DNA of 32,000 nucleotides from the NCBI RefSeq assembly GCF_001997385.1, contig NZ_CP019633.1, positions 2,310,001-2,342,000 on the forward strand, in the 5' to 3' direction. Shown here one piece after another: positions 15,299-24,274 of this stretch (positions are counted from its first letter, which is position 1; each line of letters starts with the position of its first letter). Origin of the DNA: Sedimentisphaera cyanobacteriorum. GTDB lineage: Bacteria; Planctomycetota; Phycisphaerae; Sedimentisphaerales; Sedimentisphaeraceae. Below the pieces are notes generated by a model. That model did no database searches, had not been told where the DNA came from, and saw nothing but the letters and a program-made list of their open reading frames with translations. The translations under genes and the position numbers were made by a program.

Positions 15299-16399
15299 AT
15301 GTCCTTAAGCATAGGAATTGCAGGCCTGCCGAACGTAGGCAAGAGCACATTATTCAACGCCCTTACCAAGACGCAGAACGCAGAATCGCAGAACTATCCT
15401 TTCTGCACGATCGAGCCGAACAAGGCGATTGTGCCGGTGCCGGATGAGCGGCTCTACAAGCTTGCCGAGCTTGTCAATCCAAAAAAGATTACCCCGGCAA
15501 CGGTTGAGTTTGTGGATATCGCCGGGCTCGTGGAGGGTGCGAGCAAGGGCGAGGGTCTCGGAAACAAGTTTCTCGGGAATATCCGACAAACCTCCGCAAT
15601 CGTGCATGTTGTAAGGTGTTTTAAGGATGATAATGTTGTTCACGTATCAGCAGAGCCGGACCCGAAGCGGGATGTTGAAACGATAGAGACTGAGCTTGCC
15701 CTTGCGGATTTGGAGCAGCTTGAACGAAAGATCGAAAGGCTTGAAAAGCAGGTGAAGGCGGATAAAAAGCTAAAACCCGTTCTCGAGCTTGCCGCCCGGC
15801 TGAAGGAACATCTCGAACAGGGCAAACCGGTAAATTCGTTCGAACAGGCAGATTCTGAGGCCTTCGAAAACTTCGTTCAGGAGATGGGCTTTATCACCGC
15901 CAAAACAGTGATCTTCGCTGCGAATGTGGACGAGCAGGGGCTCCTTGAAGACAACGAATACACAAAGACTCTCAGCGAAATCGCAGAAAACCGCGGCGCA
16001 GAGCTCGTGAAGATATGTGCAAAGCTCGAAGAGGATATGGTGGATATGACAGACAATGAGAGGGCTGAGTTCCTGGAGTCTATGGGCGTTGAGGAAAGCG
16101 GGCTTGAGAAGGTGATTCACCACGGCTTTGATGCGCTCGGCCTTATGAGCTACTTCACAGCAGGCCCTAAGGAAGTTCGGGCTTGGACAATCAAAAAGGG
16201 CTGGACAGCCCCTCAGGCGGCAGGCGTTATTCATACCGATTTCGAGAGAGGCTTCATCAGGGCGGAGGTAATCTCGTACGAGGATTACATTGAGTGCGGA
16301 AGCGAAAATGCGGCCAAGGATGCGGGGAAAATGGCGGCCAAAGGCAAAGCTTACGTAGTAAACGACGGGGATGTTGTAAACTTCCTCTTCAACGTATAA
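15299..16399 (+). CDS. ychF: Redox-regulated ribosome-binding ATPase YchF (Obg-family)
   Basis: N-terminus MSLSIGIAGLPNVGKSTLFNALT (P-loop). Length 366 aa. C-terminal TGS-like end ...YVVNDGDVVNFLFNV. Confidence 0.95.
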   Translation: MSLSIGIAGLPNVGKSTLFNALTKTQNAESQNYPFCTIEPNKAIVPVPDERLYKLAELVNPKKITPATVEFVDIAGLVEGASKGEGLGNKFLGNIRQTSAIVHVVRCFKDDNVVHVSAEPDPKRDVETIETELALADLEQLERKIERLEKQVKADKKLKPVLELAARLKEHLEQGKPVNSFEQADSEAFENFVQEMGFITAKTVIFAANVDEQGLLEDNEYTKTLSEIAENRGAELVKICAKLEEDMVDMTDNERAEFLESMGVEESGLEKVIHHGFDALGLMSYFTAGPKEVRAWTIKKGWTAPQAAGVIHTDFERGFIRAEVISYEDYIECGSENAAKDAGKMAAKGKAYVVNDGDVVNFLFNV

Positions 16400-16425
16400 T
16401 TATTTTTTTTGGGAAAACAGGCGAT

Positions 16426-17139
16426 ATGGGAAAAACCCGGCTGGAATCTCTCAGCGAAGAGCAGAGAGACAAACTTGATATGTTTGCAAAACTTCTCACA
16501 GAGCATAATGAAAGGCTCAACCTTACCAGAATCATAGAGCCTGAAGAGATAAAAACGAGGCATTTTGAGGATTCTCTCGCTCCTCTGGAAATGCTCAGAG
16601 AATACCAGCAGAATACCGACAGGCTTCCCGCGCTTGTGGATATCGGCTCAGGCGGAGGTTTCCCCGCGCTTGTGCTGGCGGCAGTCCTGCCGGACTGGCA
16701 TATTGTGAGCATCGAGGCTACGGGCAAGAAAGCCGATTTCCAGCAGATTGTTGTGGAAGAATTGCAGCTTATGAATGCCGAGGTTATCAGCGACAGAGCC
16801 GAAGAGATTTCCCGAGAGCCGGAATACAGAGAAACCTTCGATTTCGCCCTGAACAGAGCCGTGGGAACTGTATCGCTTGTTGCAGAGATCACAGGCGGAC
16901 TTGTCCGGAGGGGAGGATATTTTCTCTCGTATAAGGGTCCTAAGGTTGACGATGAGCTCAAAACAGGCGTAAAGACGCTAAAGATTATGGGTTTCGATGC
17001 ACCTGAGCAGATATCTTATGAAACTTCCGATGAGGAGGCCGGAGATTTGAGGCTTGTTCGGGCAAAAAAGATTAAAAAAACGCCGGATAAGTATCCGCGT
17101 GAGTTTAAGTATATAAAGAAAAAGCATTTAGGCATGTAA
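16426..17139 (+). CDS. rsmG: 16S rRNA (guanine527-N7)-methyltransferase RsmG (GidB)
   Basis: Contains LNLTRI...EEIKTRHFEDSL and the SAM motif VDIGSGGGFPALVLA. The ATG at 16426 avoids overlapping ychF, whereas the track start at 16294 lies inside ychF. Confidence 0.9.
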   Translation: MGKTRLESLSEEQRDKLDMFAKLLTEHNERLNLTRIIEPEEIKTRHFEDSLAPLEMLREYQQNTDRLPALVDIGSGGGFPALVLAAVLPDWHIVSIEATGKKADFQQIVVEELQLMNAEVISDRAEEISREPEYRETFDFALNRAVGTVSLVAEITGGLVRRGGYFLSYKGPKVDDELKTGVKTLKIMGFDAPEQISYETSDEEAGDLRLVRAKKIKKTPDKYPREFKYIKKKHLGM

Positions 17140-17140
17140 A

Positions 17141-18079
17141 ATGCGCGATGTGCAGCTGAGCAACACACTTAAAAAGATAAGCCCGCTTGCTATGGGCAGC
17201 GAGGCATACGAATTCCTGAATATGCTTATCGTAGAGGCGGGGCTCTCCAAAGAAACCGTTAAATCATACGGCAAAGACCTCAGAGGCTTTCTGGAATACT
17301 GCGGCCGAATGGGAGCTGCAAAGCCTGCCGAGCTCGGGATTGATACTGTTTCAGGGTATCTGCGAATGCAGGTGGAATCGGGGCTGAGCCCGGCAACCGC
17401 AGCGCGGTCAGCAGCAGCTGTGCGCACCTTTATCAAATATATGATAAGCAGAAATCTTATCGATAACGACTTCACAATTCTCATCGAAACACCGCAGAGG
17501 CCGGAGAACCTGCCCGAGGTGTACAGCATCGAACAGATTATCAAACTGCTGGATTCGCCCGATATCGAAAGGGATAAATTTTTCTACCGCGACAAGGCAA
17601 TCCTCGAGATACTCTATGCCTCCGGAATGAGGGCGAGCGAGCTTGCAAGGCTGGAAAACAAAGATATAAACTTTCGCCTCGGATATCTCAGATGCACGGG
17701 AAAGGGCAATAAGGAGCGGCTTGTTCCTCTTGCCAACTCCTCAATCTCGCATATAAGAAACTACCTCGAACGAGAGAGGCCGGCAATGGAAAAGCCCGCC
17801 GGTGCGGGGAATCTTTTCCTCTCGCGTCTTGGAAACCCGCTCGATAGAACAAATATATGGAGAATCGTGAAAGGCTACGCAGCGAGGGCGGGAATCCCGA
17901 ACTTCACTACCCACAGCTTCCGCCATTCCTTCGCCACCCACCTGCTCTCAGGCGGGGCAGACCTCAGGAGCGTGCAGGAAATGCTCGGCCACTCCAGCGT
18001 TACCACTACCCAGATCTACACGCACCTTCAGGAAAATCAGCTTATCGAAACACATAAAAAACATCACCCCAGAGGCTGA
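17141..18079 (+). CDS. xerD: Site-specific tyrosine recombinase XerD
   Basis: Catalytic region RHSFATHLLSGGADLRSVQEMLGHSSVTTTQIYTH. C-terminal ...HKKHHPRG resembles the XerD tail. The start is 1 nt after the rsmG stop. Confidence 0.85.
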   Translation: MRDVQLSNTLKKISPLAMGSEAYEFLNMLIVEAGLSKETVKSYGKDLRGFLEYCGRMGAAKPAELGIDTVSGYLRMQVESGLSPATAARSAAAVRTFIKYMISRNLIDNDFTILIETPQRPENLPEVYSIEQIIKLLDSPDIERDKFFYRDKAILEILYASGMRASELARLENKDINFRLGYLRCTGKGNKERLVPLANSSISHIRNYLERERPAMEKPAGAGNLFLSRLGNPLDRTNIWRIVKGYAARAGIPNFTTHSFRHSFATHLLSGGADLRSVQEMLGHSSVTTTQIYTHLQENQLIETHKKHHPRG

Positions 18080-18337
18080 GAATCAGAGCAGAGTTTCTGA
18101 AAATTCAGAAAAAAATAAAAGGCTGAAAGTCTTGAATAACTGCGGGCGGAAATGAGTATTTCAAATTTCAAATTGATTGTAAATATCTGGGTGAGTCAAG
18201 CGTATAATCAGGATTTTTTTACGAAATTAGAAGTTTAAGCAGTTATAATCTTCTTGAAAATCACATATTTCGTGATATTTTTTAGTTTGGCCCGCAGCGG
18301 GTACAAAAAAGAGCAGAATTAAATTGCAGGTTTAGAA

Positions 18338-19780
18338 ATGAAATCCGAGAACGCACAGGAACGAATAATAAGCATTTTCCGTGAGATATCCAAACACCCA
18401 AGGCCTTCCGGGCATGAAGAGAAGATTCTCGAATGGCTGAAAGGTTTTGCTGAAAAACAGGGCTGGGACTGCCGGCAGGACAATACCGGAAATATTTTGA
18501 TGAAGATTAATAAAGAAGGCGCTTCTAAAACTGTATGCCTCCAAACTCACTGCGATATGGTTTGCGAAAAAACGCCTGATACAGAGCACGATTTCTTCAA
18601 TGACCCGATAGAGGTTATCGAAGAGGGCGGCTGGCTCAGGGCAAACGGAACCACCCTCGGGGCAGACGACGGGCTCGGAATGGCGATATCGCTTTTTGCC
18701 GGACTTGCGGAGTTAGAAAATAAGCCCAACCTCGAACTGCTGATTACCGTTGATGAGGAGCGCGGGATGACCGGCGCTCAGGGGCTTGATGATAATATTC
18801 TCAGTGCTGAGTATCTGATCAACTTAGACAGTGATGAGAGCGATTTCATAATCGGCTGCGCAGGCGGCGAGAGAACAGAGATCACTTCTGCCCATGAACT
18901 AAAAGACATCCCCGAAGGGCATCAGGCAGCAAAGGTAACTATCGGCGGGCTCAAAGGCGGCCATTCTGGAGTTGATATTCACCTGGGCAGAGCCAACGCT
19001 GTTGTTCTTGCCGGCGAGCTTCTGGAGGCCTGTTCAGGCGGGATCGCAAGTCGGCTGGTGTCTCTCAGCGGCGGGTCGGCGAGCAATGCAATCGCAAGAG
19101 ATGCTGAGTTTGTGGTTACAGCAGAAGACATTGATACGCTTGAATGTGTTGTGGAAACTGAGCGGGACAGGATTAAACACAACTTTCAGTCTTCCGATCC
19201 TGATATTGAGATAAAGGTGCAAGAGACTGAACTGCATGGCAAGTGCATTACCTCTCAGCAAACAGGTATTATCGCAAAACTGCTCACCTCTGTGCCTAAC
19301 GGGCCTGTATCCTATCGTACAGATATGCCGAAAGTGGTGGAGTCTTCGTGCAATGTGGCGGTATGCAGTTTGGATGAAGGCTGCTTCTCGCTTACACTGA
19401 GCCAAAGGAGCTCTAACACCAAACGGCTTGATATGCTCAATGCGAGCATCGAAAACACATGCAGCAGGCTCGGATTTGAATGCTCCTTCAAGGCCAGATA
19501 TCCCGGCTGGGAGCCATCCGGCAGCACAGACCTTCTCAGCAGGGCTGAAGAGGCATTCCAAAAGGTCTCAGGCAGACCGCCGGAAATGGAAATTATACAC
19601 GCTGGGCTTGAATGCGGGATTATATCGCGGAAATACCCTGGGATGAAGATTATTTCTATGGGGCCTGAACTAAAAGGCATACACAGCCCTGAAGAGAAGG
19701 CAAGGATAAGCTCTGCGGGAGAGTGTTTTGGTGTTCTCGAGGGTATCCTTCAGAATATAGAAAGCCCTGCCGGGCTTTGA
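18338..19780 (+). CDS. pepD: Aminoacyl-histidine (Xaa-His) dipeptidase PepD, M20C metallopeptidase
   Basis: 480 aa. Motifs HPRPSGHEEKILEWL, HCDMV, GADDGLGMA and TVDEERGMTGA are typical of PepD. Confidence 0.9.
   Translation: MKSENAQERIISIFREISKHPRPSGHEEKILEWLKGFAEKQGWDCRQDNTGNILMKINKEGASKTVCLQTHCDMVCEKTPDTEHDFFNDPIEVIEEGGWLRANGTTLGADDGLGMAISLFAGLAELENKPNLELLITVDEERGMTGAQGLDDNILSAEYLINLDSDESDFIIGCAGGERTEITSAHELKDIPEGHQAAKVTIGGLKGGHSGVDIHLGRANAVVLAGELLEACSGGIASRLVSLSGGSASNAIARDAEFVVTAEDIDTLECVVETERDRIKHNFQSSDPDIEIKVQETELHGKCITSQQTGIIAKLLTSVPNGPVSYRTDMPKVVESSCNVAVCSLDEGCFSLTLSQRSSNTKRLDMLNASIENTCSRLGFECSFKARYPGWEPSGSTDLLSRAEEAFQKVSGRPPEMEIIHAGLECGIISRKYPGMKIISMGPELKGIHSPEEKARISSAGECFGVLEGILQNIESPAGL
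19761..19778. terminator. Hairpin at the pepD/zupT convergent junction
   Basis: AAAGCCC-tgcc-GGGCTTT has a 7-bp stem. It overlaps the last pepD codons and lies 10 nt past the zupT stop. There is no separate U-tract. Confidence 0.35.
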
Positions 19781-19788
19781 ATTATGCC

Positions 19789-20604
19789 CTACATAAACAG
19801 CAAAAGAGAGCCGGACATTACAATCATTCCCGCGATAAGCCCGCCGATGGCGAAGTGGTGTTTGCCGTATTTTTCTGCGGTAGGAAGGAGCTCATCAAGG
19901 GATATGTATATCATAATACCCGCTACCATTGCGAATGTGATGCCGAATACCGTTTCATTCATAAACTGCCGGAGAATTACATACCCGATAATAGCTCCGA
20001 GCGGTTCTGAGAAGCCCGAAAATGTTGAAAGCCAGAAAGCCTTTTTCCGGCTTCCCGTAGCGTAATATACCGGTACGCTCACAGCAATCCCTTCGGGTAT
20101 GTTGTGGATAGCGATAGCTATTGCAATCGCCAAACCAAGAGAAGGATCTTGCAAAGCAGCGGTGAATGTGGCAAAGCCTTCGGGGAAATTATGTATGCCT
20201 ATAGCAAGAGCAGAAAAGAGCCCCATGCGAAGAAGGCTGGTTTTGTTTAAGTCTATGCTGCCTGCCAGGTCTTCAAGGCCCTGTGCTTCGTGCGGATTTT
20301 CCTCTGATGGCACAAGCGCATCGATAAGGGCAGTAAGCCCTATGCCCGCAAAGAAAGCGGCTGTCGTTATTGCTGCCGCATTTCTTTCCGAGAAACTTAT
20401 CAGCAGAGATTCGTTTGCCTTCTGGAATATTTCAACGAACGAAACATAAATCATCACTCCAGCAGAAAACCCCAGAGATATGCAAAGCATAACAGGATTG
20501 GTTCTTCGGGAGAAAAAAGCTATCGCAGAGCCCACTGAAGTTGCCAGACCTGCAAAAAGGGTTAGTGAAAACGCCGTGAGTATGCTGTTTAGTGAATGTT
20601 CCAT
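19789..20604 (-). CDS. zupT: ZIP-family zinc transporter ZupT
   Basis: 271-aa polytopic membrane protein with signature motifs AIGIHNFPEGFA and AIAIHNIPEGIAV. Confidence 0.9.
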   Translation of the reverse strand: MEHSLNSILTAFSLTLFAGLATSVGSAIAFFSRRTNPVMLCISLGFSAGVMIYVSFVEIFQKANESLLISFSERNAAAITTAAFFAGIGLTALIDALVPSEENPHEAQGLEDLAGSIDLNKTSLLRMGLFSALAIGIHNFPEGFATFTAALQDPSLGLAIAIAIAIHNIPEGIAVSVPVYYATGSRKKAFWLSTFSGFSEPLGAIIGYVILRQFMNETVFGITFAMVAGIMIYISLDELLPTAEKYGKHHFAIGGLIAGMIVMSGSLLLFM

Positions 20605-20657
20605 TTTTCCCTAGAACTGAGAAGAGTTTTTACAGAATGTCTAATGCTCCAAATCTG

Positions 20658-20690
20658 AAAAAAGCCCGGGAGTATTAACTGACCGGGCTT
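20658..20690 (-). terminator. Rho-independent terminator after sulfatase gene
   Basis: The minus strand reads AAGCCCGG-tcagttaatactc-CCGGGCTT followed by TTTT. It begins 11 nt after the stop at 20700. Confidence 0.6.
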
Positions 20691-20699
20691 TTATGATTT

Positions 20700-22121
20700 C
20701 TAAAGATCAAAAGGCAGAGGGAACTCATCAGAAGGTTCGTGCGCCTTGAGCATAATCTGCTCCATCCTTGCCGTTACGTCTGGATAGGTTTTGGAAAGGT
20801 CGTTCGATTCTGTAGGGTCTTTATCAAGGTTGTACAGCTCTGTGCGTCCGTCTTTGATAAACTTTATTGCCTTCCAGTTTCTCATCCTTATCGCCTGCGT
20901 GCCTCTTGGGCGGAATTCCCAATACAGGTATTTGTGTTCGGGCTGCTTTTCGCCCTTAAGCGCAGGCAGCATACTTATCCCGTCTGTGCGAACCGCAATC
21001 GGCTGGCCTGCAATTTGAGCTGCTGTGGGGAGGAAATCCCAAAACGCGCTTATATGCGGGTTTTCTGTGCCCGCTGCAATAACGCCCGGCCATTTTGCGA
21101 TGAACGGAACTCTTATCCCGCCTTCGTAGAGGTCTCGCTTTATCCCGCGAAGCCCGCCTGAACTGCCGAAATATGCAGGCACGTGCCCGCCTTCGGAATG
21201 GGGGCCGTTGTCGCTTGTGAAGATTACTACTGTATTATCGGCAATCCCAAGCTCCTCGAGCTTGCTTGTGAGCCTTCCTATATCCTTATCCATACGTGTT
21301 ACCATCCCTGCAAAAGCAGCCTTGGGATGAGGCTGGTTGCGGTAGCCGCCTTCGCTTTTGTATGGCTTTTCCTCGCCGAATTTGCCGATAAACGGCTTTA
21401 TTGAATCCTCCGGAACTGCCATTGAGGCGTGTGGAATGGTAAGGGCAAGATACAGGAAGAACGGATTGGATTTATTCTCTTCCACAAACTTCAGCGCATC
21501 ATCTGCGAGAAGGTCGTGGCTGTAAACGTTTGTTTTGCCTTTGAGATTGCCCTCGATTATTTCCTTCTGGCTGTTTCTCCAGAGATATTCAGGGTAGTAG
21601 CTGTGGGCGTGGCGCTGGCAGTTGTAGCCGTAGAAGTAGTCAAAGCCTTGATTGAGCGGGTCGCCTGAAGACTTCGGCCAGCCAAGCCCCCACTTCCCGA
21701 TAAGGCCTGTTTTGTAGCCCCTGCGCTTGAGCAGTTTCGCCACAGTCTCTGTGTCTTTGGGCATAGCGAGCTGCCCCTCCGGCTGCATCTCGAAATTGCC
21801 CCTGATAAAGCAGTGCCCGGTATGCAGGCCGGTCATCAGCGTACATCTTGAAGGAGCGCAGACTGTCGAGCCGGAATAGTGATTCGTGAATTTCATGCCC
21901 TGAGAGGCGAGCCTGTCGATGTTGGGTGTTTTGAAATGCTTCTGGCCGTAGCAGCTAAGATCGCCGTAGCCTAAATCATCAACTAAGACATAAATAATAT
22001 TCGGAGCCGAAGGACTTTTCGAGGCCGCTGTCATATTTCCAGTGGAGCAGCCTCCCGCTGCGTAACCTGCCGCTGCTGCACCAATACTCTTTAAAAAAGT
22101 TCTTCTGTTTAATCTTCCCAT
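20700..22121 (-). CDS. Sulfatase (Cys-type; N-acetylgalactosamine-6-sulfatase/arylsulfatase-like), Tat signal
   Basis: Twin-arginine motif MGRLNRRTFLKSIGAAAAG. Formylglycine motif CAPSR (about 21846-21860) in the context STVCAPSRCTLMTG. DDLGYGD metal-binding motif is present. Confidence 0.9.
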   Translation of the reverse strand: MGRLNRRTFLKSIGAAAAGYAAGGCSTGNMTAASKSPSAPNIIYVLVDDLGYGDLSCYGQKHFKTPNIDRLASQGMKFTNHYSGSTVCAPSRCTLMTGLHTGHCFIRGNFEMQPEGQLAMPKDTETVAKLLKRRGYKTGLIGKWGLGWPKSSGDPLNQGFDYFYGYNCQRHAHSYYPEYLWRNSQKEIIEGNLKGKTNVYSHDLLADDALKFVEENKSNPFFLYLALTIPHASMAVPEDSIKPFIGKFGEEKPYKSEGGYRNQPHPKAAFAGMVTRMDKDIGRLTSKLEELGIADNTVVIFTSDNGPHSEGGHVPAYFGSSGGLRGIKRDLYEGGIRVPFIAKWPGVIAAGTENPHISAFWDFLPTAAQIAGQPIAVRTDGISMLPALKGEKQPEHKYLYWEFRPRGTQAIRMRNWKAIKFIKDGRTELYNLDKDPTESNDLSKTYPDVTARMEQIMLKAHEPSDEFPLPFDL

Positions 22122-22366
22122 CGAATCACCTCTAAAAACTGAATTAATTATTCATATAGCCGTTACCGACCCGATATTATACAAGCTGTTGATGTTAAGT
22201 ATAATTACAAAAGCCTCTCTGACAAACAAAAAAGAATGAAAACGATGACACGGATTTATGTCGCAGCGAAAATTATTATCCACAGATTTTATGTTTTTTT
22301 TTACCACGAAACACACGAAGGGGATATTTAATTTATTTTCCACAGATGGCACAGATTATATGAATG

Positions 22367-22666
22367 TAAGCGATTGCGATAAAAATAGGGGACAGTTGCT
22401 ATTTTTAATAGTAAAAAGCTTTATAAAATAATGAGATAGGGAATTGGCCGGCATAAGAATTTGGTTGAGATGAGACGGCAAGTGGTTCTTCAAGAGCAGC
22501 TGCCGCTCAACAAGCATATTTGCTCGGTTTAAAGCCTTGGTGAAGCAATTACACAGAAAAAAACTGTCGAGTAAAAGCCTGTGAATAATCAAAGAAGCTG
22601 CAAACTCACATCAGTTGAAAACAATTATTAGGTAACTGTCCCCTATTTTAAGCGGTTCGCTGCTTA
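22367..22666. repeat. 300-bp non-coding element bounded by ~31-33-bp imperfect inverted repeats (MITE-like or long-range RNA helix)
   Basis: AAAATAGGGGACAGTT (22382-22397) is perfectly complementary to AACTGTCCCCTATTTT (22634-22649). Both arms extend outward imperfectly to a shared TAAGC end. Confidence 0.45.
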
Positions 22667-22860
22667 ATAATGCAGCGTCGTATAGCGGAGGAGCGCAAGC
22701 TCCCCGCTAGGATAGCGAAACGTGAAGAGCCGGCGGTAAGCGAAAAATCTTTTCTAAAAGAATGCCTAGCGGGTCCGCCACGGCGAACTCCGCTGTAGTA
22801 CGGGGGATGTTAAACATTGAGCCTGTCCGCCGCAGGCGGAGAGTCAGCGGCAGCTACAGG
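22651..22860 (+). ncRNA. Candidate structured RNA element (unclassified)
   Basis: A GC-rich island in an AT-rich intergenic region, with stops in all frames. Nested Watson-Crick helices include a GNRA (GCAA) tetraloop hairpin and two 8-bp long-range helices (see finding). A U-G pair and the GNRA loop favour the plus strand. Confidence 0.25.
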
Positions 22861-23102
22861 AGAAAAACTTTCCCCTTATCATTGCCTTGAACTTAAAAAA
22901 TCCTGTCTAAAAATATCCCCTTAGTGCTTCTTAGCGCCGCTCAGTGGCTGGAATATCTCAGTGCTGCTCGTGGTTTAAAACCAATCCCACGCCCCCAAAA
23001 ATCATGGGGGAAAACAGTTGGCAGATTTATTCGTAAGAATAATTGAATTCGCTTTCGAATATATTGAAAAAATTATTTAATTTTAATCTTGGGAGGAAGA
23101 AA

Positions 23103-23354
23103 ATGACACTTATTGAAATCCGTAATATCCTGGGATGGTGTTCACTTATCAACGTGCTTCTGATTGCATTCGGAGCGCTTCTTGTAATCGCTCTTCGCAG
23201 TGAGATGTACAAGATTCACAGCAAATTTTTCCCGATGGATGAGCAGCAGTACAGTGCAGTGATGTTTTCGTGTCTCGGTTTGTACAAACTGCTTATCGTT
23301 GTTTTCAACATCGTGCCCTACATTGCCCTCTGGATTGTTACAGCAGGGGCATAA
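23103..23354 (+). CDS. Small (83-aa) two-TM membrane protein, function unknown
   Basis: Strong SD GGGAGG ends 6 nt before the ATG at 23103 (the track start at 23043 is a TTG). Hydrophobic segments are WCSLINVLLIAFGALLVIAL and LYKLLIVVFNIVPYIALWIV. Confidence 0.6.
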   Translation: MTLIEIRNILGWCSLINVLLIAFGALLVIALRSEMYKIHSKFFPMDEQQYSAVMFSCLGLYKLLIVVFNIVPYIALWIVTAGA

Positions 23355-23472
23355 GCACGCTTAAAAACCTATAACCCTGCATCAGGTCTGTGCGGGTAAC
23401 GGGCTAATACGGAAACTCTTGAGTATTTAAGCTTAAATCAAACCGCTTAGTCTCAAGGGTGTGGGGGATTTT

Positions 23473-24177
23473 TTACTTTTTAGATCTAAGCCCGGCCAGC
23501 CCTGCTGAGAAGATGAGGAAAATCGAAGCCGGCTCAGGTACTACAAAATCCCCGCTGAGTTTGAAGTCATCAAAAATCACACTTGTACTGTCGTTTGAGC
23601 CAAGATTATTCTGAAGAGTGAAGCTGAGAAGATTTAAGTCTGCAGCAGTGAAGTTTTTCTGATAAACAACGCTGTCATCGAACAAAGCGGTAATAACATC
23701 CGCCTGCCTTACGATTCTCAGAGTTCCAGCTGCTGCGGAAGTGGGAAATCCGCCTTTCTTCTGCCCGTCCCAAACGTGAACGTTATGTGTTCCTGAATCG
23801 TTATCACGCACATTAAAGAAATAGCTGTCGTCATCAAATGCTGCATGCAGCTCCACCTGATCGAGCCCGGGTCCCGGCAGAACGGCCTGCGAAAAATTAA
23901 TCAGCGCTTCGAAATCTCCCGGAATGGTGTCGCCTATAAGTGAAACCTTTGAAAGATTCAGCTCAATTTCCACTAAATTCATGCCCGCCTGGGCATTGCC
24001 TGTTTTTTCGAGCCTTATATCGCCCTGGGTATCATCAACTGTGTAAATACCTGTATTCTGATTAACGCTCCAGTATTCGCTGTTCAGGCCGTTATTGAAA
24101 TCTGCCTGAAACAAACCTCCATAACATATTGCAGGCGCAATAAGCCCGCTAATCACAAATAAAACAACCCTTTTCAT
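23473..24177 (-). CDS. PEP-CTERM-anchored secreted protein with lectin/LamG-like beta-sandwich region
   Basis: N-terminal signal peptide MKRVVLFVISGLIAPAICYG. The C-terminal sorting signal VPEPASIFLIFSAGLAGLRSKK has the PEP motif, a TM segment and a basic tail. Confidence 0.85.
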   Translation of the reverse strand: MKRVVLFVISGLIAPAICYGGLFQADFNNGLNSEYWSVNQNTGIYTVDDTQGDIRLEKTGNAQAGMNLVEIELNLSKVSLIGDTIPGDFEALINFSQAVLPGPGLDQVELHAAFDDDSYFFNVRDNDSGTHNVHVWDGQKKGGFPTSAAAGTLRIVRQADVITALFDDSVVYQKNFTAADLNLLSFTLQNNLGSNDSTSVIFDDFKLSGDFVVPEPASIFLIFSAGLAGLRSKK

Positions 24178-24274
24178 GGTTTTCTCCTTAAGTTACGCCC
24201 TTCCAAAAAACTAAACGCACAAAGATGAATTGCGGGCTTGAAATTTAACATTTACTCTCGAACACTGAATCTAT

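Noticed and set aside
16294-16425. Extended N-terminus of rsmG from the track start at 16294.
   Set aside because: It would overlap the last 106 nt of ychF and encodes an Arg/Gly/Cys-rich junk peptide. The ATG at 16426 gives a normal RsmG N-terminus.
18140-18297. 8-bp inverted repeat CTGCGGGC (18140-18147) and GCCCGCAG (18290-18297), plus a weak AT-rich hairpin with a T-run (about 18262-18286), upstream of pepD.
   Set aside because: The repeats are short and widely spaced, and the hairpin stem is only 5-6 AT-rich bp. This is compatible with chance in an AT-rich intergenic region.
22232-22327. Small ORFs in the 22.1-23.1 kb gap, for example the 31-aa MKTMTRIYVAAKIIIHRFYVFFYHETHEGDI.
   Set aside because: They have no Shine-Dalgarno sequence and no recognisable motif, and they are indistinguishable from random ORFs in AT-rich DNA.
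22382-22649. Integron attC site or CRISPR-like repeat, suggested by the 16-bp inverted repeat.
   Set aside because: There are no RYYYAAC/GTTRRRY core sites in the right order, no integrase, a spacer far longer than an attC, and no periodic direct repeats anywhere in the window.
23019-23033. Sigma-54-like promoter TGGCAG-N5-TTCG upstream of the small membrane-protein gene.
   Set aside because: The -12 element reads TTCG rather than TTGC, so the conserved GC dinucleotide is inverted. There is no enhancer-binding protein gene nearby.
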